A DNA stretch of 64,000 bases from Haliotis rubra (taxonomy: Eukaryota), in assembly GCF_003918875.1 (NCBI RefSeq), contig NW_025767053.1, forward strand, positions 434,001 to 498,000, given 5' to 3'. Every line of letters starts with the position of its first letter. The stretch's first letter is position 1. A program made the position numbers and the translations under genes. Below, in pieces: positions 39,953 to 52,057 of this stretch. The notes below the pieces were generated by a model. That model made no database searches. It saw only the letters and a list, made by a program, of their open reading frames with translations, and had not been told where the DNA came from.

Positions 39953-41504
39953 CTTTATACTCCTTCATCATCATACATACAACAAAAAGATGTTGTCATT
40001 AGAAAATGTATCACAAACTGTTGTAGGAACTAAATATAATTATAAGAATGATTTGAATCATTTGTAACGAAATTTGCATAACCTCTCATCTGAGTGTTAT
40101 GTTCTGGTCAGGTAAATATTCGGTCTTGGTCATTCTTGCGATTTTGTCGGGATCGAACAGTGAGCTTGGTGGAAATATGTTTTATGATTATTGAAATGCT
40201 TTGTCGCGTTTTTTACAAATATCACATGAAAAATGTGACGCTGATAGATATGGAGTTCATGTAAATAATATAGTGTTCATTTAGTACATAACCACAATCA
40301 ACACGAACATGTCCCTAATAACTACGTCCACGTCAGCTCGGGCAATGTTAGGTGTACGGAGGAAACGTGTGACGATACGGTCACGGTTTGGGAGCGCGTT
40401 TCAAAACATTTTACGTCAATATAAAATAGACGCCAACACCGGAGAAAACACGTCTAGGGTATCGGCCGAAACATTTCCATTGTCGTAAAAGGCAAATGTG
40501 GTGATTAAATTGACAGTACACTAAAAACAGATGTTCCTTAAAGAGAAAACTTCACGTATTTCCAATGAAACATCAATTATGATGACGTTGCTCGGGGCCA
40601 CGACACCACCAGCAGAAATATCACCTGTATGTACCCATACAAACCTCTCATGACGAGGGTCTTTAAAACCAATAATTAATAAACGGTTGTGATAAAATAT
40701 CAATTGTCACAGAGTCTTAAATCCGAGATACGTGATATACATGAATGTGTGATAATAGTGACTGATAACAAATCTCCGTGTCTGTCCAACTGTAATTACC
40801 GCAGTCCATTAGCAGCAAGGTACCTGTCGCGAGTGGGTAAATAGTTAACACTTTATCAATATTACAATGTCCACATACAAGCTCGCACTGAGGTCTGGAC
40901 TGGTAGAGACGGGTAGATTTAGCAGAAAAATGAAAAAAGAAAACAGGAGCGAGCACGGGCAAATGATTCCGCTTACGTCACGTGTTGTATTACAGAAATA
41001 CACATACATGTATCGACGCTCGCCTACACGCACAGTACGAATGTACAATTACCTGTATAGATCAACATTAGATACTTGGGGATTTTGAGGATTGTGGGCA
41101 AGGCCTTCTGTCAACATTCGGTTAGGTTGAAGGTATTCTATTTACAAAGACTGTTCACTGTCAGCCAGGGGAGCGGGATTTGAATACAAAATCTACGTTT
41201 TGTGGACGTTACTGTGTTCTGTCACCCGAAACCCGTGTAATCAATACAGCCCATGCAAGTCTATATTAGCTAGCAAAGTGACTAAACTGTAGAAGGAAAT
41301 GAAGCGAGTTTCTGTGCTGCTTCAAATGATATTTTTTTTGCGATTTAATAACTGCCTTTTTCTCCTTTTTTGATAGTTTAGAAACTGGGTGACAGTCTAG
41401 AAGGGATCTTGGGATGGAACATTTAGGATTTTTAGAACCTACATCCACACTCTTGCTTCGGTGTCGTGTCCTTGTAGTAAGACAATGCTAAGACAAGTAA
41501 TGCG

Positions 41505-42710
41505 TTTTGTTTGTTTGTTGTTTAACGCCGCATTCAGCAATATTTCCAGCTATATGACGGCGGTCTGTAAATGATCGAGCCTGAACCAGGCAATCCAATG
41601 ATCAACAGCATGAGCATCAATCTACGCAATTGAGATACGATGGCATGTGACAACCAGGTCAGCGTGTCTGACCACCAGATCCTGTTAGTCGCCAACAAAG
41701 CATGGGTTGCTGAAGACCAGTTCTAGCCCGGTGCGTCACTGGGGATGCAAGCATGGGTTGCTGAAGATCAGTTCTAGCCCGGTGCGTCACTGGGGATGCA
41801 AGCATGGGTTGCTGAAGATCAGTTCTAGCCCGGTGCGTCACTGGGGATGCAAGCATGGGTTGCTGAAGATCAGTTCTAGCCCGGTACGTCACTGGGGATG
41901 CAAGCATGGGTTGCTGAAGACCAGTTCTAGCCCGGTGCGTCAATGGGGATGCAAGCATGGGTTGCTGAAGATCAGTTCTAGCCCGGTGCGTCAATGGGGA
42001 TGCGAGCATGGGTTGCTGAAGACCAGTTCTAGCCCGGTGCGTCACTGGGGATGCAAGCATGGGTTGCTGAAGATCAGTTCTAGCCCGGTGCGTCACTGGG
42101 GATGCAAGCATGGGTTGCTGAAGATCAGTTCTAGCCCGGTGCGTCACTGGGGATGCAAGCATGGGTTGCTGAAGATCAGTTCTAGCCCGGTACGTCACTG
42201 GGGATGCAAGCATGGGTTGCTGAAGACCAGTTCTAGCCCGGTGCGTCAATGGGGATGCAAGCATGGGTTGCTGAAGACCAGTTCTAGCCCGGTGCGTCAA
42301 TGGGGATGCAAGCATGGGTTGCTGAAGATCAGTTCTAGCCCGGTGCGTCAATGGGGATGCAAGCATGGGTTGCTGAAGATCAGTTCTAGCCCGGTACGTC
42401 ACTGGGGATGCAAGCATGGGTTGCTGAAGATCAGTTCTAGCCCGGTACGTCACTGGTGATGCGAGCATGGGTTGCTGAAGACCAGTTCTAGCCCGGTGCG
42501 TCACTGGGGATGCAAGCATGGGTTGCTGAAGACCAGTTCTAGCCCGGTGCGTCACTGGGGATGCAAGCATGGGTTGGTGAAGATCAGTTCTAGCCCGGTG
42601 CGTCACTGGGGATGCAAGCATGGGTTGGTGAAGATCAGTTCTAGCCCGGTGCGTCACTGGTGATGCGAGCATCGGTTGCTGAAGACCAGTTCTAACCCGG
42701 AGCTTCACGG
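41505..42710 (-). mobile_element. SINE-like family 2 whose 5' region is expanded into a 51-bp tandem array
   Basis: Body at 41505..41700, array follows, and the true 5' end TTCTAACCCGGAGCTTCACGG lies at 42690..42710. Confidence 0.85.
41698..42700 (+). repeat. Tandem array, 51-bp unit x ~20
   Basis: AAGCATGGGTTGCTGAAGATCAGTTCTAGCCCGGTGCGTCACTGGGGATGC. Confidence 0.95.
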
Positions 42711-43228
42711 ATCCACAAGTAATGTGAGGTGGTGATCATGGATGACACCACTGGGAAATGGTCCCCATTTGTTTCTTAGCAAGAGTGGCACAGCCGATGA
42801 CTATGTAACTTCATACAGAAACTGATATTTTGCATGTGTATTGGAGTGACAACAGTTCGAACCCAGCTTCACATGAATTTTACAAATGTCACAATTTAAA
42901 TTCGAGTTCGAGACAAGACGGTTGCCGATGTATGAATCGTTGTTGTTTTTTTTGTCTCGAACGTTGGACAGTGCACGATTACGTTATATATACTGGCTCC
43001 ATACTGCATGTTTTTACAACCTATCAAGCGTACCAGCGATCGTTTCATTATGCCCATGCGAAGCTTATATCACGTGATCTTTACTCTCAGGCCCTTCAAC
43101 TACTTGCTTGTTAAAGCACCAAGTGGTGGGTGAATAGGAACTTGTGAGGTCACGTGTTACTTTAGGTCTTCCAGTTTTAGGATATTGCTCTATGGTGTCC
43201 TTTATCACAAAGTTCGAATCTCTTTCAG

Positions 43229-43383
43229 TGTGTCTGTTCAGCGTTGTCAGCGTTGGTTCAGCAGGATTCCCCTCGGACGCCAGCGTGACCATCGCCCCGT
43301 ATGGCTCAGTACAGACACCGACTGCTGGACAGGACTTCGTGCTCAAGTGTTTTATAGACCACGGTCTTTTCGAGTATGTTGAG
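43229..43383 (+). CDS. RTK exon 2: signal peptide end plus Ig1 N-part (VCLFSVVSVGSAGFPSDASVTIAPYGSVQTPTAGQDFVLKCFIDHGLFEYVE)
   Basis: Acceptor tctctttcag|, donor GAG|gtgaga. Ig B-strand motif GQDFVLKC. Confidence 0.85.
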
Positions 43384-43399
43384 GTGAGACGGACACCTG

Positions 43400-45085
43400 T
43401 TAAGGTGAAATGTATACTTGCTGAGGTGAAACGTGTACTTGCGGAGGTGAAATATATGCTTGCTGAGGTGAAACGTGTACTCCCTGAGGTGAAATGTATG
43501 CTAGCTGAGGTGAAATGTATGCTTGCTGAGGTGAAATGTGTACTTGCTGAGGTGAAACGTGTACTTGCTGAGGTGAAACGTGTACTTGCTGAGGTGAAAT
43601 GTATGCTTGCTGAGGTGAACTGTATGCTTGCTGAGGTGAAACGTGTACTCCCTGAGGGGAAATGTACACTTGCTGAGGTGAAACGTGTACTTGCCGAGGT
43701 GAAATGCATACTTGCTGAGGCGAATTGTATACTTCCTGGGGTGAAATGTATGCTAGCTGAGGTGACATGTATGCTTGCTGAGGTGAAACGTGTACTTCCT
43801 GAGGTGAAATGTATGCTTGCTGAGGTGAAATGTATACTTGCTGAAGTGAAACGTGCACTTGCGGAGGTGAAATGTATACTTGCTGAGGTGAAATGTATAC
43901 ATCCTGAGGTGAAATGTATGCTTGCTGAGGTGAAATGTATACTTGCTGAGGTGAAATGTATACTTGCTGAGGTGAACCGTGTACTTGCTGAGGTGAAATG
44001 TATACTTGCTAAGGTGAAGTGTATGCTTGCTGAGGTGAAACGTGTACTTGCTGATGTGAAACGTATACTTGTTGAGGTGAAACGTGCACTTGCCGAGGTG
44101 AAATGTATACTTGCTGAGGTGAAATGTATACATCCTGAGGTGAAATGTATACTTGCTGAGGTGAAACGTGTACTTCCTGAGGTGAAATGTATACTTGCTG
44201 AGGTGAACCGTGTACTTGCTGAGGTGAAATGTATAGTTGCTGAGGTGAAATGTATACTTGCTGAGGTGAAATGTATACTTGCTGAGGTGAAACGTGTACT
44301 TGCCGAGGTGAAATGTATACTTGCTGAGGTGAAATGTATACTTGCTGAAGTGAAATGTGTACTTGCTGAAGAGAAACGTATACTTGCTGAGGTGACACGT
44401 GTACTTGCTGAGGTGAAATGTATGCTTGCTGAGGTGAAACGTATTCTTGCTGAAGTGAAACGTGTACTTGCTGAGGTTAAATGTGTACTTGCTGAGGTGA
44501 AATGTGTACTTGCTGAAGAGAAACGTATACTTGCTGAGGTGACAAGTGTACTTGCTGAGGTGAAATGTATGCTTGCTGAGGTGAAACGTATTCTTGCTGA
44601 AGTGAAACGTGTACTTGCTGAGGTTAAATGTGTACTTGCTGAGGTGAAATGTATGCTTGCTGAGGTGAAATGTATGCTTGCTGAGGTGAAATGTATACTT
44701 GCTGAGTCGAAACGTTTACTTTTTGAAGTGAACCGTGTACTTGCTGAGGTGAAAAGTGTACTTGCTGAGGTGCAATGTATACTTGTTGAGGTGAAATGTA
44801 TACTTGCTGAGGTGAACCGTATACTTGCTGAGGTGAAACGTATACTTCCTGAAGTGAACCGTGTACTTGCTGAGGTGAAAAGTGTACTTGCTGAGGTACA
44901 ATGTATACTTGTTGAGGTGAAATGTATACTTGCTGAGGTGAAATGTGTACTTGCTGAAGTGAAATGTATACTTGCTGAGGTGAAATGAATGCGTGCTTAA
45001 GTGAAACGTATACTTGCTGAGGTGAAACGTATTCTTGATGAGGTGAACCGTGTACTTGCTGAAGTGAAATGTATGCTTGCTTAGG
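43400..45085 (+). repeat. Minisatellite, 21-bp unit x ~80 (GAGGTGAAATGTATACTTGCT), starting just after the exon-2 donor
   Basis: Direct inspection. In frame with exon 2 up to the TGA at 44986..44988. Confidence 0.95.
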
Positions 45086-45524
45086 TATAGCTTCTACCTG
45101 CAACTGGCTTATTAAACGACATAATCTTCAATCCATATCCGTCAAGTCGGACAAAAACATGTCTGCACTGCCAATACGTGTCGAATCATGGTCACACAAT
45201 ATCTACACTATGCATGTTTGTTATTGATTAAGCAATAATTAAGTTACAACACTTAGGCTAGTAAATAATTGATTCTGGATCATCATGGGTGAATGATATT
45301 GTTTTACGCCGTTTTAGCACTGCTCTCGTAATATCACGACAGGCGATATCATTAGGACCTTTACGCATTGTGTCCATGTTGGGAATCGAACCCGGAAGCG
45401 AATACTTTGTCCACTAGGCTACCGAGCAGCCCCGGATCGCCATGTGGGCGAGTGTACAAACAGGTCATACGATAAGAAAAGTTCCCCAGCCATGATCGTG
45501 TGTGACATGCGTGTGTAATTCTAG

Positions 45525-45671
45525 GTATTCTGGATGAGGAAATCGGAACGGGGCAGGGGGAATCTGGAGCCCATATTCCCGCCTGGGACAGGCTCAGACA
45601 GCACAACTCAGATCACTCCCGGTGTCACCAAATACAGCAAGCGGTCAGGCTCTAGTTCCCCAGGAAAACAG
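45525..45671 (+). CDS. RTK exon 3: Ig1 middle (VFWMRKSERGRGNLEPIFPPGTGSDSTTQITPGVTKYSKRSGSSSPGKQ)
   Basis: Acceptor ttctag|, donor CAG|gtgaca. 147 nt, phase 0/0, carries the Ig Trp. Confidence 0.75.
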
Positions 45672-46055
45672 GTGACATATGCTCCACTTTCATAGACTTA
45701 CTCTGAATATAACGCAGACAGTGGCGGCATGTCAATCATGTCAATTTTTTTAAAAAGGGGGTAGGAGGTCGAACCCCCTGAATGCCCCCTTGGTTCCGCC
45801 AATGCAAACTATTAACTTCAATGTGGACTCATCCCCTTGGATCTGTCAATGTCAGTTGTCATTTAAAGCAAAACATACAAGGGTTTAAAATAACGTCACA
45901 TTCGTTCAGTAATGTGACTTCATATGTTGTTAAATTCTAATGTTCATTTCTTAATATTTATAAAGATAATCATGATTATACAATTTCAACGGAATGGCTG
46001 CAAATTTCGAGATGGCACTATAATCTTGTATTATAGATAAAATTCTTTTTTGTCA

Positions 46056-46096
<41 letters not shown>

Positions 46097-46364
46097 GCGT
46101 GTGTGTGTGTATTTGACAAAAAGGAATTTGTCAATACCAGTACTTAAATGAGATGAGAAATTAATCAAAACCACCACTACCAGTAAACTACATATACTGC
46201 TAAAAAAAAGTAAGGCCCATCAAGGCCGTGTGTTGCAGGATCCATCAGACAAAACAGAGTAACTATAGTCACATGGAAAACACCGGGTGTTCTTGAACAT
46301 CATTCGTGTAGTACCTAGGTAGATTAGATACAGTCAACTAATTGATGATTCTTTTCGGTTTTAG

Positions 46365-46476
46365 TACTCTTTCCTCACGATACATTCTCTGACCTACAAA
46401 GATGATGGTGACTACGTTTGCGGTTTCTTCAGAGGCAAATACAACTTGAGCGGCATCTACGAGATGAACGTGGAAG
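46365..46476 (+). CDS. RTK exon 4: Ig1 C-part (YSFLTIHSLTYKDDGDYVCGFFRGKYNLSGIYEMNVE)
   Basis: Acceptor ttttag|, donor G|gtgggt. Contains LxI and DxGxYxC Ig motifs. Confidence 0.9.
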
Positions 46477-46732
46477 GTGGGTTAAATCATGTTGTCCGGA
46501 CACTACTCCGTGTGTGTCCCCTTCCCATCACGTCCGACCTCACCCACACCCCACAATTATAGTCAGAGAGGGTGAATAACGCCTCAGATGGCCAGTCTCG
46601 ACTATACACCGAAGCAGATCATATTGGACCTCGAGGAATAAGTGGTGGAGATTATTTTTAAATATCACTGAAAAAACAGTTATAAAGTAGGATGTGCGCT
46701 GTTTTGAACAGTACTTCGCACATATAACGCAA

Positions 46733-46898
46733 CTGACTGACTGAGTTTGGTTTTACGCCGCTTTTAGCAATATTCCAGCAACATCACGGCCGGGGACACC
46801 AGAAATGGGCTTCACACATTGTACCCATGTGGGGATTCGAACCCAGGTCTTCGGCGTGACGAGCCAACGCTTTAACCATTAGGCTACCCCACCGCCAC
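46733..46898 (-). mobile_element. SINE family 1 in RTK intron 4
   Basis: Near identical to the copy at 23113..23280. Confidence 0.9.
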
Positions 46899-47285
46899 CT
46901 TATATTAGACAAGTGATCCCAAAGACAGGCAGTACTTAGCTGTTTCAATGTAACCTCATTGGGGAAACACACCAGCGTTGTGGTGACACTTATAGATATA
47001 CCATGTGGGTCCGCATTCTCAAAACGGTCTCAGCTCTAAGAAGTCTTAACTTTGATCGTAGCCAGTGTGTTAAGAATGGGCTTTAGAAGTTTGTAGAGCT
47101 ACGAACGTTTCGAGAATAGCTAGCCTAATTCCCACCAAGGACCTGGGTTTCTAGTACGCCTTAAGGACTCAAATCCCGGGGGTACGAGTGAGTGAATCAA
47201 CATTGCTGATGGCCGCATCAGCAATTGTGCTTCTACTCTCGGTGATCTGGACTACAAGACTGAAGTTGTGTGCTGGCTGTTCCAG

Positions 47286-47436
47286 GTGGGCCAAATATAT
47301 CTTCAATGGTCACGGAGAAAAATGGCATTGTGGGATACCATGAACTGATCAAAGTGGAGTACATCGCCCGACCCCCCCTCGACAGCGTCACGTGGTATGG
47401 TCCATCGGGAGACGTACTCGACACCAACACATCCAG
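47286..47436 (+). CDS. RTK exon 5: Ig2 N-part, no Cys (GGPNISSMVTEKNGIVGYHELIKVEYIARPPLDSVTWYGPSGDVLDTNTSR)
   Basis: Acceptor gttccag|, donor AG|gtcagg. Phase 1 to 2. Confidence 0.85.
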
Positions 47437-48005
47437 GTCAGGTACCGACACTGTCGAAACTTCATGTGATGTTGAATAATCTGTCAACCATTCTGTCATA
47501 CACTTTCTGTACATTCTTTTTGGAGAAGTTTCTGTAGAACATTCGCTGTTAAAAAAGCTCTGTGAAACAATTGTTTGTCAAAATATTTCTGTCCAACATT
47601 CTCTTCTTTCCATTTATACCAATATTCTTTGTTGAATATTCTCTGACAAACACTTTCTGTCCAATATTCCTTATCCGTCATTCTCTGTCAAGCATACTAT
47701 CAAGCATTTTTATCTACATTTCTCTTCTGAACATTCTGTATCTGCAACAGAATGTTTAACATGCCCCGTCAAATGTCTCTGACAAGAATTCACGATCAAA
47801 CAATATCTCTCAAACAATCTGACAAGCACAAAAATACTGATGCAAACAATTTCCTGTCAAACATTGAGTGTCAATATAAAGCATTCTTTGTCAAACACTT
47901 TCTATGGAGATTTAAAAGGCTGATAATCAGTGCAAATGTGGGTCCAGCAGATCCTGGCGCAGACACCCCCAGTTCTATTCCTCATGTATGGTTTGTCTGT
48001 CTAAG

Positions 48006-48151
48006 GGTGTACATCAAGGAGTCGCAGCAGAGTGATGCGAGGGGGTTGGTAATCCTACACATCACCAACTTCTCTCGTGACGACAAGGGGGTGTACAGCG
48101 TCGTTCTCAGCAACGACGTGGGAGATGACAATGTGGAGTTCGAGTTCCATG
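48006..48151 (+). CDS. RTK exon 6: Ig2 C-part (VYIKESQQSDARGLVILHITNFSRDDKGVYSVVLSNDVGDDNVEFEFH)
   Basis: Acceptor tgtctaag|, donor G|gtaagc. DxGxY motif with Val in place of Cys. Confidence 0.85.
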
Positions 48152-48559
48152 GTAAGCTGACAGGCTGAGCTACCGTCTCCGTGGTCTTGTGGCTATCCCG
48201 GATAAGACGTCAGGATCAGTGACAATCTGAACCAGTTCTGACCCCTAAGTCCTTTCATAAATCATAATGGGAAATAACGTCATCGGGTGGGTGATTGATG
48301 GAAATTGTGATGCGATTTTGTTGATACAACACGACGAAAGAACGTACACAGAAGGGAATATCATGTGCAATAAAGTGAGTGAGTATGGTTTTACTAGATT
48401 CCAGCAATATTACGGCGGGAGACACCAAAATTAGGCTTCACACATTGTACTACTGTGGGGAATCGGAACCGGGAAGAAAATACATGTACAATATTTCCAA
48501 TGCGTCAGTATTGATACATACTATCATAATGTAGAATGTGGACGTGGTGTGTGTTGCAG

Positions 48560-48663
48560 CGGACCCCTTCCTGGAGGTCGTAACCCCCAACTCCACCACG
48601 TTCCCCCACGGCTCCACTGCAGTGTTCATCTGTAGGGCCACCAACTTCAGGAGCCAGCCCATG
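48560..48663 (+). CDS. RTK exon 7: Ig3 N-part (ADPFLEVVTPNSTTFPHGSTAVFICRATNFRSQPM)
   Basis: Acceptor gttgcag|, donor ATG|gtaagt. Confidence 0.85.
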
Positions 48664-48690
48664 GTAAGTACATGACAATATGGACCGATA

Positions 48691-49948
48691 CAGTATTCCC
48701 AGAAATTATTGAGAAAGTTGTTTCGGCAAATTTCTACTACATGTATATATACTAAAGACGTTTTACCTAAATGAATATGTTGAGATACGATTCTCTTACA
48801 TTCTAAATGTCTTTCCAGTACTTTGTGAGACCTTCTTGCCCTGCAATACACGACTGAATGCGCCTAGGTGCACTACCGATCAAAGTTTGGAGGACATTGT
48901 GGGACAGTGTATATCCCATTATTCGACCACTTCTTTTATCCTATTCTCAATATTTCTAAGTCCTTTTTGGTTTATTCTGTCCTTCATTAGTCCCCACACA
49001 TTCTCAATAGGGTTCAGATCTGTGTTGTAGCTGGGCCAGCCTAAAACTTGAACATTTTCGTCCGACAACCAGTGTTTTGTGTAGCCCGTATTATCTTTAT
49101 ACAGTGTTCGGACCGTTGGAAGGAGGTGACCATTTAGGATGCCAACATATCGTTCCTTTGTCAAATTTCCAGTGAAAATGTACAACGGCGTCACTCCATG
49201 TGATGGTATCTCACCCCACATGTGAAATTTCGGGCTATGTTTTGGGCGTTGGTAGATAGGTGAAACCGTTTCACGGTATCTTTTGTCCAAATGTTCATAG
49301 TTCCGAAAAACACAGACAGAACTTTCATCAGAAATGTAAATTATCCCAATCTTGATTTTGGTGAGCCCTGCACCAGTTTAAACGTCTTTCTTATTGTGCA
49401 TGTTTCATCAATGGTGAGGGAATTCAGCGCTTTGTCACCCAGTTAAGACTTTGTAATTCTTGTCTCAGGTTTTCATTACATACCAGAGGACTTCCTCTAT
49501 TAATCATATCATTTCTGATATCCGCAACGCTTTTCAATTTTCTCCTACTCACAATCTGACCAAGTTGCCGGTGATCCGTAGAACTGAACGTCCTTGGCCT
49601 CCCTGCCCCTGTCATGTGCCCAGTCCCAAATCCTGACTGAATAATCTTCAAAATTCTGTATACTGTAGACAGAGGAAGGTCATGTCTACCAGATATCTCT
49701 TTTTCATTAGTCACATACCCTTTCAAAAAACACCCAGAATTAGCTTTCTTTTTTCTTCTGCTGTCCATTCTGCCATGTTAACAAAGGAAGCCGTCTGCTA
49801 CACCAGGGGAGATAACTCTTCATGTAGTAAGGTTCATTCTTAATTATCCTACAAGGGTTGCCTACCATATTGAGTACCTTACTACATAACGTAACACCTA
49901 CTTTATCTTTGGAAACGAAGATTTTCTCAATACTTTTTGGGAAAACTG
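48691..49948 (-). mobile_element. Tc1 transposon (degenerate) filling most of RTK intron 7, antisense
   Basis: TIRs CAGTATTCCCAGAAATTATTGAGAAA and TTTCTCAATACTTTTTGGGAAAACTG; transposase motif WPSYNTDLNPIENVWG. Confidence 0.9.
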
Positions 49949-50273
49949 AAACTATAGTCAATGATTGCCTGCCACCAACTTCTGGAGCCAGCCTGTTGTA
50001 AGGATAACACGGACCAATAACGGCAGCCAATAATTGTCTGTGCGGGCTTTCTCCGACTTCAGTACTTATGAAGTGATATGCCCGCTGTTTTGGCTTTGGG
50101 GACTTAGTTAATACATACAATCGCATAATGCGTGGATTCTTGCTTATGATGTAAAACACACGAGTGTCTGGTTCAGATCCATTATAACAGTCCGCCGTCA
50201 TAACGTAAACATCGCTAACTGCGGCGTTAAACAAACAAACAAACAAACATTAATGTTGCGTATGTTCCATTAG

Positions 50274-50493
50274 TTCATGTGGCACCATGGTTGGGCGAAG
50301 AAAGATTTGCTGGAAATGCCTGCTACCAGAAGCGTAACCTTGGCAACAGAGAAAAGCATGACCAGCAATGTGACCACGTGGATGTCGACGGTGACGATCC
50401 GAGGCGTCAACTACAAATTTATTGGCGTCATTGAGTGTGCAGCGTCCGAACTCGGGGAGGTGTACGCCGATAGCAACACCATCAACGTTATTG
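50274..50493 (+). CDS. RTK exon 8: Ig3 C-part (FMWHHGWAKK...STVTIRGVNYKFIGVIECAASELGEVYADSNTINVI)
   Basis: Acceptor ccattag|, donor G|gtacgt. Contains the Trp and second Cys of the Ig fold. Confidence 0.85.
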
Positions 50494-51004
50494 GTACGTG
50501 TCTATAGAGCCTTTGCATTCAGGTCCAACAATACTGCGACATTATTCAGTATTCATGCCTGTGGACTAGAGTAGGGTGAAATCAGGGTTAGGGATTGGGA
50601 GTTTGGTTGTCTCGGTCCTTACTATGCTAAAATGCATTGTTTATATTCATTCACTTGGATCCATAATTCACTTTTGTAAGTTTAAAAAAGGCGTTGTTCG
50701 TCATATTAATCACTGGTTACCTTGCTCGTTCTTTCATAATTTACAGACCACCTACACAAAGCTTGTCATATAGATAATAAACATATTGTTGACAAGATCT
50801 TGTTTAATATCATCTCACTCACTGACTCACCAAAAATCCATCAACCCATCGCCTAGACCATACGGGTTTATCCACAAGCCACTCTTACGCAGCTGGAATA
50901 TTACTAATTGAGGTGTTTAGCGACAACAAAAATGAAGAAAAGAACTACATTATGAGTATTTGACGTAATCAAGATCGCACAAGATCTGGATTTATTGTTC
51001 TATA

Positions 51005-51407
51005 TACTATTCACACTTTGCTGAGGGTCAAATCATGGATTCAACAGAAAACTATGATGTGGGGGTCAAATTTGGTTTAAATTATATCTAAGCTTATTTT
51101 AAGCATGGATCCTAGGTTTCAGTTTGTCATTGTTTCTTGTGGATCCCATACCTGCTATTGACAGGTGCTGTGTGCTTGTGAATGAATTGTTCCATGATTT
51201 GCAAAATGGTTGATTGGTGCCATGAAAACCATTTTTATGGTTACTCATGTATCAAGTGCATAATGTTAGATTAAAGTGGCTGTTTGCCTAAAGAGGGGTT
51301 ACCATATTATTATTTATCCAGTTTTAAATGGATACAATTTCAAATTATAAATCTGCGTTTAAGTAGTGTTGTGAATCATTGTGATCCTTAGCAGAGTGTG
51401 AGTAGTA
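51005..51407. mobile_element. Tc1/mariner-type MITE (~400 bp, TA TSD) ending 24 nt before exon 9
   Basis: TIRs TACTATTCACACTTTGCTGAGGGTCA and TGATCCTTAGCAGAGTGTGAGTAGTA. Second copy at 62129..62520. Confidence 0.8.
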
Positions 51408-51431
51408 TATATCGCCATGTCTGTGTTCTAG

Positions 51432-51582
51432 GGTCGCCGATGATCCAGTCCAGCATGAGGTCTGTGCTGGCGCAGTTGGGGGAGACGGTGGAGTTGCAGT
51501 GTAACGTGTCGTCCAACCCGCCCCCCACACAACTGCAGTGGCTGTTCAACAGGAACACGGTCAAGTTCCAGAAGTTTGCCGC
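51432..51582 (+). CDS. RTK exon 9: Ig4 N-part (GSPMIQSSMRSVLAQLGETVELQCNVSSNPPPTQLQWLFNRNTVKFQKFA)
   Basis: Acceptor gttctag|, donor GC|gtgggt. I-set pattern G-x-T-V-x-L-x-C...NPPP...W. Confidence 0.9.
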
Positions 51583-52057
51583 GTGGGTATCCTCATTTAT
51601 ATATAGAACTTTCTCCGTTTCATGAAGTCAATCATAAAATTAAAATTATTAAAAAATAAATAATTCAAGTCATTTTGGAGAGATTGAGAGATTTCACTGA
51701 CCTTTGGTTTTTGTTCGGCTTTTATATTGTATGCCTGAACTGGAAGATTGACCAGATTTTTCAGGAAGAGTTATCTTTCCTTGCCAAAACTAAACTCCAC
51801 GTTTCAACACGGGTAAAATGTGTTTTCCGTATAATTAATTCTAAATACGATAATACACGTAGCACGTTGCCGTTTTGAATAAAATATGTATTTTTCCTTG
51901 ATACGTCGCTCATTATCAAAGAAACTTAAGGCAAATTGATTTCCCATCAGATGCATGGCAGTTAAAAACAGTTACTTTCATTATGTACAAGAAGATGGAC
52001 TATTAGGTGATGATGGCACAAGTGAAATATATACTCAGTATGATGCCTATTTTACAG

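Noticed and set aside
36690-40700. Nested antisense gene in RTK intron 1 (acceptor-like sites near 40626, 38488 and 36838)
   Set aside because: No consistent phases or recognisable protein; cannot be supported without transcripts.
41659-42708. 349-aa and 250-aa repetitive ORFs on both strands
   Set aside because: Product of the 51-bp SINE-derived array; open on both strands simply because 51 is a multiple of 3.
43144-44988. 614-aa ORF as a stand-alone gene
   Set aside because: Its non-repetitive part is RTK exon 2 and the rest is an intronic minisatellite. Kept only as a possible alternative product in the findings.
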